NCBI RefSeq assembly: GCF_020745735.1 | Contig: NC_083409.1 | Span: forward strand, 17,442,341-17,506,340 | From: Hemiscyllium ocellatum | Taxonomy: Eukaryota | DNA: 64,000 nt | Direction: 5' to 3' | In this document: positions 46,406 to 59,545 of the stretch, piece by piece | How positions within the stretch are numbered: the first letter of the stretch is position 1 | How the letters are laid out: each line of letters opens with the position of its first letter | Notes under the pieces: generated by a model | Told to the model about the DNA's origin: nothing | What the model saw: the letters and a program-made list of their open reading frames with translations, nothing else | The model's database searches: none | Made by a program: the position numbers and the translations under genes

Positions 46406-47500
46406 AAAGAACAAGGAACAATACAGCACAGGAACAGGCCCTTTGGCCCTAAAAGCCGGTGCTGACACATTTTGCCCTTTCTCACTGAAAATGTCTTAAC
46501 CTACAGGATTCGTATCCCTCTATTCCCTTCCTATTCATGCATTAGTGCAGGCATTTTTTGAATACTTCTATTGTGTCTGCTTCCACCCGCTCCTCTGGCA
46601 GTGTGTTCCAGGTACTCAACTCCCTTTGTGTAAAATACTAGCCTCGCACATCTCTTTTAAATTCCCCTCTCCCCCGCACCTTGAACCTCTGTCCCCGAGT
46701 AAGTGATCCCTCTATCCTGGGAAAAAGCCTCATATTTTCCATTATACCTATGCCATTCAAAACTTTATAAACTTCTATCAGGTCACACCTCATTTTCTCT
46801 CATTCTGGTGAAAACAAACCCAGTCTATTCAACCTTTCTTCAGAATTAAAATCCCCCATACCAGACAATATCTATGTAAACATTTTCTGCACCATCTTCA
46901 AAACATCCACCTCCTTCTGATGGTGTGGTGACCAGAACTGTATGCAATATTCCAAGTGTGGCCTAACTAATGTTCGATAAGCTGCAGCATGACTTGTCTA
47001 TCCGTGTACTCAATGCCCCTTCCAATGAAGGCAAGCAGGCCATAAGCCTTTTTCACAACCTTACCTCCCTGTGCTGCCACCTTCATTGATCTGTGAACAT
47101 ACACACCCAGATCCCTCTGCATATCAATACCCCAAAGGATTCTGCCATTCACTGTATAATTCCCACCTGTACATCACCTTTCAAAATGCATCACCTTACA
47201 TTTGTCTGGATTAAACTACATCTGCCATTTTTCTGTCCATGCATCCAATTGATCTATATCCTGCTGTATCCTCTGACAATCCTTCTCATTACCTGTAATT
47301 CTACCAATCTTTGTATCAATGGTAAACATTTAAGTAGATCAGCTACACTTTCCTCTAAGTCATTTATGTAGACCACATACAGCAGAGTTCCCACCACTGA
47401 TCCCTGTGGGACACTAGGAATCACAGCCCTCCATTCCAAAAACCATCCCCCCATCACTGCCCTCTGTCTCCTCTGACTCAGCCAGTTCTGTATCCAATGC
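46406..47500 (-). mobile_element. CR1 3' portion
   Basis: QRDLGVYVHRSMKVAAQ..., VPQGSVVGTLLYVVYINDL; (GTTCTT)n tail at the left end. Confidence 0.85.
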
Positions 47501-47857
47501 TGGGAACATTTTAGACAAGACACCTTGTTGCCAGATCCTTACTGCAACTTGATCCAGTTCATTCAGAAAGAGGAAAAGGACAATATGCAGATTGTTGAAC
47601 AGGCCCCTACACCTGGGCCTGAGGCAGGGGCCCAAGCTCCAACACACTGGCCTCACTTCACACCAACCTTCACACAGAGTAAGGTCATGAACTCCGGCCA
47701 TCAATTCCTCTGGGACCGGGACGGAGTGAGGGAACAGGGACAATGTTGAAACATCAATAAGGAGTCAAGCAAGTTGGAGAGAGTGTGCTGTAAAGTGTTT
47801 GATGGAGGAACCATTCTTTGTGATAACCAATACTGGCATAGTCCATATGTCCTGCAT

Positions 47858-48034
47858 ATGGAATGCCCTGCCAGTAACAGTGGTGGACTCTCCCTCTTTA
47901 TGGGCATTTAAACGGGCATTGGATAGGCATATGGAGGATAGTGGGCTAGTGTAGGTTAGGTGGGCTTGGATCGGTGCAACATCGAGGGCTGAAGGGCCTG
48001 TACTGCGCTATATTTTTCTATGTTCTATGTTCTA
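47858..48034 (+). mobile_element. 177-bp CR1 3' tail, near-identical to 52495-52671
   Basis: About 7 differences by manual comparison; (TTCTATG)n tail. Confidence 0.85.
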
Positions 48035-48240
48035 TATCACAGAATGAACAAAACAGCACACTGTGAAGACAATCAAAAGTCTTATCAAAGCACTTCTTTT
48101 TTTGAAAATGCATAGCATGCAGAACTTTTTTATTGTGGTGTGATCAATATCATGGTCCAAAGATCCTCACAGAGCCCCAGTTTATTTGTACTGTTCAGTA
48201 ATGTGGGGATACCGATGGGGGTGGGGGGAGGGCTGAGGTT

Positions 48241-48329
48241 ATCCTGATGAAGGAGCAGCGCTTCAAAAACTTGTGATTTCAAATGAACCTGTTGGGCTAG
48301 AACCTGGTGTTGTGTGACTTCTGACTTTT
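48241..48329 (+). mobile_element. Penelope-like fragment, second family, hammerhead with GAAA mutated to AAAA
   Basis: CUGAUGA (48244-48250)-A-GGAGC(AGC)GCUUC-AAAAA-CUUGUG. Confidence 0.65.
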
Positions 48330-48788
48330 TATTGTTCGGGCAGAGTGAAACAGCTGCCTTCCAATAACTATAGAGTACTTGCAATGCAACTGAGGATTAT
48401 GGGTAATTACTCCATCCATTGGCCATGAACAAATCCACAGTCACCCCATTGGATTTCAGTGGGAATGACCTGTCAGTTGCTTCCTAGATATAATTTGATT
48501 CACCACCACTCTCTCCAGGGCAATTAGGGAAAGGCCGACACATCAACGCGCCCCCCCTCACCCCACCCCCATCCCAGGAGAAGTCAAAATAAATGGCGTA
48601 TAATTCAAATGACCAAACTGGAGTCTCGGCCAGAAACAGAGCCATGACATGGGTGAACCTGGTTTGTCAGACTGAAAGGGGGAGTATCCTTCAGATTGAC
48701 ACTGGGATCAGCAAAAAATGAATTACTCTCAAAGATCTAACAAATGGCTATCAAAGTGTGCCCCCAAACTGCAGAGAACAGCACTTTA

Positions 48789-51700
48789 CATGTTTGAGGT
48801 GAGGGATGCCATGGTCGTCCCTGCTGATTACACTTGCAGGAAGTGCACCCATCTCCAGCTCCTCCAAGACCATGTTAGGGAACTGGAGCTGGAGTTGGAT
48901 GAACTTAGGATCATTCGGGAGGCAGAGGCGGTCATAGATCGGAGCTTTAGGGAAGTAGTAACTCCAAAGATTGCAGACAGGTGGGTGACCAGAGGGGGAC
49001 TGGGAGGAAGCAGCCAGTGCTGAGACCCCCTGCGGCCATTCCCCTCAAGAACAAGTAGACCGTTTTGGATACTTGTGGGGGGGAATGACTTACCAGGGGT
49101 AAGCAATGGGGTTCAGGCCCCTGGCACGGAGTCTGTCCCAGTTGCTCAGAAGGGAAGTGTGGAGAAAAGCAGAGCAATAGTTGTTGGAGACTCGATAGTT
49201 CGGGGGGGGCACAGATAGGCGGTTTTGTGGGGGCGAGAGAGACTCACATTTGGTATGTTGTGTCCCAGGTGCAAAGGTACGTGATGTCTCTGATCATGTT
49301 TTCCGGGTCCTTAAGAGGGCGGGGGAGCAGCCCGATGTCGTGGTCCACATTGGCACAAACAACATAGGTAGGAAGAGGGATGAGGATGTTAGGCAGGTTT
49401 TCAGGGAGCTAGGTTGGAAGCTCAGAGTTAGAACAAACAAAGTTGTTGTCTCTGGTTTGTTACCCGTGCCACGTGATAGAGAGTCGAGGAATAGGGAGAG
49501 AGAGCAGTTAAATGCGTGGCTACTGGGATGGTGCAGGAGGGAGGGATTCCAGTTTCTGGATAACTGGGGTTCTTTCTGGGGAAGGTGGGACCTCTATAAA
49601 CAGGATGGTCTATACCTGAACCTGAGGGGCACCAGTATCCTTGAGGGGAGGTTTGCTAGTGCTCTTTCAGGGGGTTTAAACTAACTTTGCAGGGGCATGG
49701 GAACCTAGACTGTAGATTTAGGGTGCAGGACCTGGAGTGTAGGGAGGTTAGGAACATGGCATCAATCTCGAAGGAGGGTGCCTGTAATCAGGAAGGTGGC
49801 TTGAAGTGTGTATACTTCAATGTGAGAAGTATACGAAATGAGGTAGGTGAACTTGCAGCGTGGGTTGGTACCTGGGAGTTCAATGTTGTGGCTATTTCGG
49901 AGACATGGGTAGAACAGGGGCAGGATTGGTTGCTGCAGGTTCCAGGGTTTAAATGTTTTAGTAGGGTCAGAGGTGGGAGTAAAAGAGGGGGAGATGTGGC
50001 ATTGCTTGTCAAAGATAGTATTACAGCAGTGGAAAGGACGATGGATAAAGACTCGCCATCTGAGGTAGTTTGGGATGAGCTCAGAAATAAGAAAGGTGAG
50101 GTCACCCTGTTAGGAGTTTTCTACAGGCCTCCTAATAGTCCTAGAGATGTAGAAGAAAGGATTGCGAGGATGATTCAGGAGAAGAGTGAAAGTAATAGGG
50201 TGGTTGTTATGGGGGACTTTAACTTTCCAGATATTGACTGGGAAAGCTATAGCTCGAGTACGTTAGATGGGTTGGTGTTTGTCCAATGTGTGCAGGAGGG
50301 TTTCCTGACACAATATGTAGACAGGCCAACAAGAGGTGAGGCCATACTGGATTTGGTTCTGGCTAATGAACCAGGCCAGGTGTTAGAATTGGAGGTAGGT
50401 GAGCACTTTGGGGACAGTGACTACAATTCGGTGACTTTTACTCTAGTGATGGAGAGGGATAAGTGTGCACTACAGGGCAAGAGTTATAGCTGGGGGCAGG
50501 GAAATTATGATGCGGTGAGGCATGACTTAGGATGCGTGACTTGGAAAAGTAGGCTTCAAGGGAAGGGTGCAATCGATATGTGGAGCTTGTTCAAGGAGCA
50601 ACTATTGAGTGTCTTTGATAAGTATGTACCTGTCCGGCAGGGAGGAAAGGGTCATGTGAGGGAGCCGTGGTTTAATAAGGAATTGGAATCCATTGTTAAA
50701 GGGAAGAGGGCGGCCTATGTAAAGATGATGCGTGAAGGTTGATTTGGGGTGATTGAGAGTTATAAGGTAGCCAGGAAGGATCTAAAGAGAGAGCTAAGAG
50801 CAGCAAGGAGGGGATATGAAAAGTCCTTGGTTGGTAGGATTAGGGAAAACCCAAAGGCTTTCTAAAGGTATGTCAGGAATAAAAGAATGACTAAGGTAGG
50901 AATAGTAGTGGGAAGTTGCGTGAGGAGTAGTCCAGTCAAGGATAGAAGTGGGAAGTTGCGTATGGAGGCTGAAGAAATTGGGGAGACACTGAATGAATAC
51001 TTTTCGTCAGTATTCACTCAGGAACAGGACATTGTTGCCGATGTGAATTTTGAGTCACAATTAATTAGAATGGATGGCTTTGAGATATGTAGGGAAGAGG
51101 TGTTGGAAATTCTGGAAAGGGTGAATATAGATAAGTCCCCTGGGCCTGATGGCATTTATCCTTGGATTCTCTGGGAAGCCAGGGAGGAGATTGCAGAGCC
51201 ATTGGCCTTGATTTTTATGTCCTTGTTGAATACAGGAATAGTGCCAGAAGACTGGAGGATAGCAAATGTGGTTCCCTTGTTCAAGAAGGGGAGTAGGGAT
51301 AACCCTAGTAACTATAGGCCAGTGAGTCTTACCTCTGTTGTGGGCAAAGTCTTAGTGAGAATTGTAAGGGATAGGATTTATGAACATCTGGATAGGAATA
51401 ATGTGATCAAGGATAGTCAGCATGGTTTTGTGAAGGGCAGGTCGTGCCTCACAAACCTTATTGAATTCTTTGAGAAGGTGACTAAGGAGGTGGACGAGGG
51501 TAAAGCGGTAGATGTGGTGTGTATGGATTTTAGTAAGGCATTTGATAAGGTTCCCCATGGTAGGCTACTGCAAAAAATACGGAGGTATGGCATTGAGGGG
51601 AGTTGGAGGTTTGGATTAGGAATTGGCTGGCTGGAAGAAGACAGAGGGTAGTAGTTGATGGTAAAGGTTCATCTTGGAGTGCAGTTACCAGCGGTGTTCC

Positions 51701-52671
51701 ACAAGGATGTGTTTTGGGACCATTGCTGTTTGTCATTTTTATAAATGACCTGGAGGAGGGGCTAGAAGGTTGGGTGAGCAAGTTTGCGGATGATACGAAA
51801 GTCGGTGGAGTTGTTGACAGTGAGGAAGGATGTGGCAGGTTACAGCGGAATATAGATAAGCTGCAGAGCTGGGCAAAAAGGTGGCAAATGGAGTTCAATA
51901 TAGGTAAGTGTGAGGTGACTCACTTTGGTAAGAGTAACAAGAAGATGGAGTACTGGGCTAATAGTCAGATACTTGGTCGTGTGGATGAGCAGAGGGTTCT
52001 TGGTGTCCACGTACATAGATCTCTGAAAGTTGCCACCAGGTAAATAGTGCTGTGAAGAAGGCATATGGCGTACTGGCTTTTATTGGGAGAGGAATTGAGT
52101 TCCGGAGTCCTGAGGTCATGTTGCAGTTGTATAAGACTCTAGTGCAGCCGCATCTGGAGTATTGTGTGCAGTTTTGGTCGCCATACTATGGGAAGGATGT
52201 GGAGGCACTGGAACGGGTGCAAAGGAGGTTTACCAGGATGTTGCCAGGTATGGTAGGAAGATGATATGAGGAAAGGCTGAGGCACTTGGGGCTGTTTTCA
52301 TTGGAGAAAAGAAGGTTTAGGGGTGACTTGATAGAGGTGTACAAGATGATTAGGGGTTTAGATAGGGTTGACCATGAGAACCTTTTTCCACGTATGGAGT
52401 CAGCTATTATGAGGGGTCATAGCTTTAAATTAAGGGGTGGTAGGTATAGGACTGATGTTAGGGGTAGATTCTTTACTCAGCGAGTCATGAGTTCATGGAA
52501 TGCCCTGCCAGTAACAGTGGTGGACTCTCCCTCTTTATGGGCATTTAAACGGGCATTGGATAGGCATATGGAGGAAAGTGGGCTCGTGTACTTTAGGTGG
52601 GCTTGGATCGGTGCAACATCGAGGGCTGAAGGGCCTGTACTGCGTTGTATTTTTCTATGCTCTATGTTCTA
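48789..52671 (+). mobile_element. Near-full-length young CR1 (HER1-like) LINE
   Basis: ORF1 Zn-finger/coiled-coil (YTCRKC...LELELDELRII) and esterase (VVVHIGTNNIG). ORF2 APE (ISETW, GDFNFPDIDW, SDY) and RT (QHGFVKGRSCLTNL, VPQGCVLGP, FADDT), broken by only a few stops/frameshifts. Intact tail. Confidence 0.97.
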
Positions 52672-53284
52672 TTTACGCTTCGCGCCCCCATTTCCATCCT
52701 TGCTTGTTGCCCTTCCCTAACTGTCCTGGAGAGGGCGGTGGTGAGCCATGAGTGTCTCGAAGAGGATCTGACAGAGGGACAAGGTCATGTCTTCGGCCTG
52801 AGCACAACTGCCTGACCTGCTGTGCTTTTTCAGCGCCACATTTTTTGACTCTGAGCACAACGATCCCTCAGCAGAATGAACTGTGACACAAGAGGAAACT
52901 TGGGAGTGTTGGAAAGGCACCGGCAGCCTGGTCAGCCTGCAGAGGGGCAGAAACAGATTTGATGAATGAGCTGGTATCCTCCCGAGCTGAGATGCAGACT
53001 CAGGCCTTCAGAGCCACACAGTTTACATTGTTACTGACCGTGGCTCCATGGGCAATGTTCCTGCCTCATCATCAAAATGGTCATCGGATTGAAAGCCACC
53101 TCAGAAATGAGAGCACAGAATCCAGGCTGAGACTGTGGTGCACTGCTGAAAGTTGCACAGTCTCTGGCACCATCATTTGAGGCTCCACCACCACCACACC
53201 CCGACCATCCCCACCCCCACCACAGGAGGCTTGACAAGATCCCATTCTGAAGAGATTCTCTCGGGTATCCTGCTCAAAGGTGTT

Positions 53285-53910
53285 TGGTATGCTTTCTTTC
53301 ATTGGTCAGAGTATTGAGTACAGGAGTTGGGAGGTCACGTAGCAGTTATACAGGTCATTGGTTAGGTCACTGTTGGAATATTGTGTGTAATTCTCGTCTC
53401 TTCCTATCAGAAAGATGTTGTGAAACTTGATAGGGTTCAGGAAAGATTTACAAGAATGTTGCCAAGGTTGGAGGATTTGAGCTACAGGAAGAGGCTGGGC
53501 AGGCTGGGTCTGTTTTCCCTGGAGCGTTGGAGGCTGAGGGGTGACCTTATAGAGGTTTACAAAATTATGAGGGGTATGGATAGGATAAATAGGCAAAGTC
53601 TTTTCCCTGGCGTCGTGGAATCCAGAACGAGTGGGCATACGTTTAGGGTGAGAGGGGAAAGATATAAAAGAGACCTAAGGGGCAAATCTTTCACACAGTG
53701 GGTGGTATGTGTATGGAATGAGCTGCCAGAGGAAGTAATGGAGGCTGGTAAAATTGCAACATTTAAGAGGCATTTGGATTGGTATATGAATAGGAAGGGT
53801 TTGGAGGGATATGGGCCGGGTGCTGGCAGGTGGGATTGATTGGGTTTTGGGATATCTGGTTGGACTGAACGGTCTGTTTCCATGCTGTACATCTCTATGA
53901 CTCTATGAAT
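53285..53910 (+). mobile_element. CR1 3' portion
   Basis: LFSLERWRLRGDLIEVYKIMRG; (CTCTATGA)n tail. Confidence 0.9.
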
Positions 53911-56900
53911 AGATTGGTCTCGTAATTTGTTTCCTGTCTGGGGGACTCACCATCTTGTCTGTGAAAGTGACTGCACTGTGCTCACAGCTTTCAATATCCT
54001 GAGATGATTAAAAAAAACTGCACCAGCAAGAGTTCTCTCTCCATGATCATGTAAAAGGGGAGCAATGAGCAAGTGATAATACACACTGAGCGCAAACACT
54101 GAAGCTTCAGCTGAAAGGCTTTTTGCACCATGTTAATCTGCTCCCTGGGCATTTCCTTCCAATGTCCGAGATGGTTATCAGGCTGGGATGGAGGCTGACA
54201 GATCACATGGAATCCTTCAGACAAGGTACACAAGGGCACAGTCCAGGTTTGCTGCAAACATTTGTCTTCCTTCCATTGAAGGGCAATGAGTTTGTCAATA
54301 GCGGTTTCCAGAGCACATCCTCCCTGGAAATATCACAGACTTTACTGAAATGGGATGAACTGAAAGAAGAGAAGGAAATGGGAAGAATTAACCAAACAAG
54401 GGTGAGCATCAAGGGAGGTGGGAGCGTGTGGGAGATTCAATGCCATTAAAGAAATCCCAACTGGGTTTCACAAGAAAAGCTCAAATCGTTACGAGGAGAA
54501 AACAAGGAGAATGCTCACTGACATAAACAGGCTGAGAGTCAGAGACCCTGAGCCTCCGATGCCTGACTCTCTCTGAGGCATTACAGTCAAGGACTGTTCA
54601 TGTGTCAATGAAGGGAGACTTGGTGACATGGGGTTATATTATAATCAATGATCAGAGGGGTACAGATTAAAGATAAATGGCCAAAGGTTAAGAGGGAAGA
54701 TAAGGAAGCACATTTTTACCCAGGGGGTGGTGACAGTCTGGGGCTCACTCCCTGTAAGGGTGGTTGAGGCAGAAACTCTCCCATAACATTGACGTATTTT
54801 GATGTGCAGCTGTAATGCCAAGATATACAGGGATACAGGCCAAGTGCTGGAACATGGAATTAGAATAGTGGGTGGTTGTTTTGACTGGCTTTGGCTCATT
54901 GGGCCAAAGAGCCTTGTTCTTGTAGACCTGATGTAGATGCCTGACTCTGCCAGGACTCCAGCAATGTGGCTGACCCGTACCTGCCATTTGAAAGACCGAG
55001 CAAGCCACTCAGTTTCAGGGCAGTTAGGGATGGAGAACAAATGCTGGTCTTGTCAGTGACACCCACATCACAGGAAAGAATAGACGGCCTCAGTGGTAAC
55101 ACCGTCACCTGAACCTGCAGGTTTCAAACCCCACTCCAGACACTGGAGCACTATCCTGAGGCTGGCAAAGGCAAAGACGCCATCTGCTGGATGATCGGTT
55201 AAACCACTGTCCTCTCAGGTCAATGTGAATATAAGGGCTTTGTGACCATCTCAGAGAAACTCTCCCCAGTGTGCTGGCCAATGCTTCTCTTATAACCAAT
55301 GGCATTAAAACAGATACATAAACAAAATACTGCAAATCTCAAATAGAAGCTCGATGCTGGAGAAAGGGAACAGGTGCAGCCTCTGTGGGGAGAGGAGGAG
55401 TTAATTTTTTGTTTTATCAAAAAGGCAGCACATTTTTATTTTATTTTATTTTATGTTGTCTTACATTATTTTATTTAAATCTCGTTGAAAAAAAATTAGC
55501 CCGCTTGATTGGCACCACATCCACACACATCCATCCCCTCCACACCGACGCTCAGTAACGGCTCTGTGTATTATTTACAAAATGCACTGCAGAGATTCAC
55601 CAAAAATCCTGAGACAACATCTTCCAAAGTCATGATTACTTAAATCAAGGACAAAGGCAGCAGATACAATGGGAACATCACCCCAGCAAGTTCCTCTCCA
55701 AGCCATTCACTAGATTGACTTGGAATTATAACACTGTTCCTACATTGTCACTGGGTCAGAATCCTGGAATTCCCTTCCTAAATGCATTGTGTATCTACCG
55801 ACAGCACACAGACTGCAGGGGGTCAAGAAGGCAGCTAATCACCGCCTTGTCCAGGGCAATTAGACATGGACAGTAAAAAGGCTGGGAAAAGTAAGAGTAG
55901 GCGTGCTTAAGGACCAGAAAGTGAGACTGTGATGTTTTAGTTTTTCCTGAACATTGGTGTGACCACATCTCAAATACTGAGGGTAGTTTGGTCTCCTTAT
56001 TGAAGGAAGAATATAAATGCATTGGGGGTGTTTCAGAGGAGTTTTACTCGATTGATCCCTGGAATGAGTGGGCTGTGTGATGAGGAAAGGTTGGAAAGAC
56101 TGGTCTTGTTCTCAGTGGAGTTTAGAAGAGTGAAGGTTTTTCCTGTCCCATAGTATTCTCCAACTCCCTATCTGCCTCCCTCATGGGTCATACCTTATTG
56201 AACTGTGCTGTCCTGAGGCCTATAACTTCCTTCTGGAACAAAGTCTCCAGGTATCTCCGCCCCTCCCGGATGTATCATTTTTTTCAACTCAGCCTCCAAG
56301 TGGGAGTTCTGGTCGTTTTATACATTCACTACACATGTATTTACGCTGAAACATTTCAATTAAATAAATATATTGAGCTCACTTACAAATGAAAAATATC
56401 CATTCCTTCATTGGACCAGTAATTGCCTTCAATCTCTGTTTTGAAGTTTCAGTACTTTCAATTTATAAACCTTCCCTAATGGACATGTCCTGAAGCAATC
56501 TATTTAGACAGTCCCTCATACTTAACAATTCCCAGCTGATCTGCTTACCAGACTCCTATTCTCTTGTTTATCATTTTGTTTCATTCAAACCAAGTGCATG
56601 TGCAGGCTCCCAGCAGCTGAAGTGACAGTTCCAAATCCGTTTGGAAAAGCAAAGGTAGGCTCTGTCCCCGAATTCTCCGAACTTCCACACTGACCAAACT
56701 TCCCAGCATTCCCCTCTGTGTTGGCTGCACTCAGTGCTAGCTGCAGTATTAAGGCTGCCCTGTATTTATACTGTTTCTGACTTATATCACTCCATTCTGT
56801 TGTGCTGTTGTTCAGGGTCTGGGTTAAGCTCACTAATTTCTCAGTGGAGAGCTTCCTTTCTTCAGCCTGAGAGAGACTTTACATGTGCAACCAGCAAATG

Positions 56901-57022
56901 GGACTACAATGTTGGAATCTGTTTTCAGGATTGATGGGCTCGATGGTTTGATTCAATGAGATGAGATATGAAGTACCTGTGACTCTTGTTGCAATCCAAC
57001 CTTCTCTGTCTAACCTCTTCAG

Positions 57023-57059
57023 GAGTCGACATTTCAGGTGTAACCCTTCTTCAGGACTC
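57023..57059 (-). ncRNA. Minimal type I hammerhead ribozyme with perfect 5-bp stem I
   Basis: Minus strand GAGUC-CUGAAGA-A-GGGU(UAC)ACCU-GAAA-U-GUC-GACUC. Confidence 0.65.
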
Positions 57060-57170
57060 AGGGTGGGTGTTGGGGGAGCTGTGTGGTGAGGTGGGGATAG
57101 GTTGAGAAAGGGAGAGAGTATGACCTGATTGGTTGATGGGAGACATGAATCTGGATGGCATTATCGCGAA
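57023..57170 (-). mobile_element. Penelope-like terminal-repeat fragment containing a hammerhead
   Basis: Hammerhead at 57023-57059 preceded on minus by a pyrimidine-rich PLE-type segment. Abuts the 5' end of the L1-like element. Confidence 0.55.
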
Positions 57171-59367
57171 TAATATGAAATTGAGTAATTTTGGTGTGGG
57201 GAGGGGCAGCTGACAGGGATGTTCCCTGTTGCCCCTACTGTTTACCTTGGTACTTGAACCACTGGCAGGGACTGTCTGAAAAGACCCTGAAATAACGGCA
57301 CCGAAGGTGGGAGTTGGGGAAACAAAAATCACTCTCTACACGGACAATGTCCTCTTGTTTTTAGCTAACTCTGAAAAGTCCATACCCTGGCTAATAAAAA
57401 AAATTAAATTATTCGTCAACCTTTCAGGATACAGAATAAATTTTCCAAAATCGGAAGTCCTGCCTGTGGGGGGATTGGTGCAGGTACTGAAACTGGAGGA
57501 CGGAATGGAGTTTCCTTTTAGATGGTCACAGAAAGGTTTTCCCTATCTGGGAATTTTTATTACCCCTCACTTCCCGCAACTGTATGGAGCTAACCTTGTG
57601 TCGCTGTTTGAGAGGGTAAAGCAGGACTTGCAGTGATGGGAGGGAATACCCAGATCATGGCTCGGCTGTATAGCCTTGATTAAAGTGAATGTTGTTCCTT
57701 GGTGGTTCCATCCTGTGAGGATGCTCCCTTTGTTATTACCCAACCAGGTGCTGCGGAGGTTTGTGGGATGGCTTGGATCATTTATTTTGCGCTGTCGGTG
57801 CAATTTAATTAAATTTACCAAATTGCAACTTCCGCAGGATATGGAGGGTGGGCGGTGGACCTCCCAGATCTGAAGAGTATCAAAGCAGCACCCTGTTGCG
57901 AGATGTCGGTGAATGGGTGCGTAATGACTCAAAGTCGATGTGGCTTGATGCAGAGGCCTCGCAGGTGAGATGTCCCTTTAGAAACTTACTGTTCATGGAT
58001 AAGATGAGATCGGTATGTGCGCATTGTGAAAGTCTGATTATCATAAATACAGTAAAGCATGGAGGATAATGCGGCAGGGTGGAGGCTATTTGTAGTTCAC
58101 CCCGTTAGTGGGAGCCCCAGGATTTAGACTGGGATCAAAGGACTCCAGCTTCAGAGCATGGGAGCGTAATCGAATCCCCTGTCTGGGAGATTTATTTGAG
58201 GGAGGGGTCTTGATGTTTTTTCGCCAATTAGGTCAGAAATATGGAATCCCTAATTGGGATCTTTTCCGATATTTCCAGGTTAGGGATTACATACAGAAGA
58301 AGACTACGTTCTTGACCCAGCCCAACAAGTCGGATATAGAATGAAGAGTGCTCCGATGAGGGGGCACTCTTTCAGTTAGTACCTCATATCATCTGCAGAG
58401 AGGGAATGCCTTGGGGGAATTGGAGAGAGTCAGGGAGATTTGGAATCAGGAGTTAAAGGAAGAAATCTCATCGGAAATGTAGGAGGATTAATGAGGGAAT
58501 GTAAAGAAAATTTCAACCTGCAATAAGGCACAAGCAATGCAATTGAAGATCCTCCCCAGGACCCAAATGGAGCCAGAGAGGTCAGCAAAGTTTAAGAAAG
58601 GGTCTTCCCCGAAATGTCCCGAATGTAAAAACAGTATTGACATCCTTACACATTGCTTTTGGTCCTGTTACAAGATCCTTGAATCCTGGGGGGGACAAAG
58701 TGAATGAGCTGGAGACAATCCTGGGAACGGAAGTTTGGGAGGATCTGGTGTCCCTCCTTTTGGGAACGACCGAAACTTTCCTCTTTGGGTGAGCACGGGA
58801 AGAGGTTATTCAACATTCTTACACATTGTGTGAGGAAGGACATCCTAATGAATTGAATATCAGCAAAGCCTCCAGGCCTTGCAGGGTGGCACAGACTTGT
58901 GATGGAGCACGTCCCTCAAGATTACCTGACAGTATGGGGCACCACGGAATGGAGCAATTTTATAAGACATGGCGGCCCTTTCTAATTTACATCAACATGG
59001 ATCTGTCAGCAGTACTGATTAGGACCTTTATAGAGGCACGAGGGCTGTATGTGGTGGTCCGGGGATCACGGGGATTTGGTGGGTGGTCTCATAAATACGA
59101 GTATAATCACTGTTGTTCCTGTGGACAGGAGCTTTGATGGAGAGTGCGGCGAGTGGAGTCGTGTAATATAGTACAATGTCGTGCAATTTAATTTTAATGG
59201 ATTGTACTTAAATTTAGTGTTATTTTATTTAATTTGAGTTTGTGCTGATTTGTTTTAAGTTAAGCAAAATATGAGACAACTGTATCTTGAACAGTAGCCG
59301 GCGGTTTATTCACATTACTGTATTATAATATAATATTTTTTCAATAACTATTTACTAAAAAAAGAGG
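57171..59367 (+). mobile_element. 5'-truncated L1/Tx1-clade LINE (RT core to C-terminal Cys-rich motif, 3' UTR, short poly-A)
   Basis: QGCSLLPLLFTLVLEPL, KITLYTDNVLLFL (YADD-like), LSGYRINFPKSE, CPECK...LTHCFWSC; A-run at ~59357. Confidence 0.85.
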
Positions 59368-59461
59368 AACATTCGAGAAAATTAACAGACAGAAGCACCA
59401 TGCAATAGAAATGATCAAGAGTGGTGAGAAAGGAGGGAGAAAAAGAGATTTCTGTAGTATG

Positions 59462-59545
59462 GAGAGAGAGAGAGAGAGAGAGCAAAAGAGAATGAGTTCT
59501 GAAGGGGAGAGAGAGAGTTCTGAATGAGAGAGAGAGAGAGAGAGT
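59462..59545. repeat. Compound (GA)n microsatellite, probably in the CEP350 3' UTR
   Basis: GA runs interspersed with GAGTTCTGAA units. Confidence 0.85.

Noticed and set aside
56390-56520. MRDCLNRLL near a GTAAGT donor, echoing RNase L VRDCLSDLL
   Set aside because: Only four matching residues, no HPFFW motif, an in-frame stop and no acceptor context.
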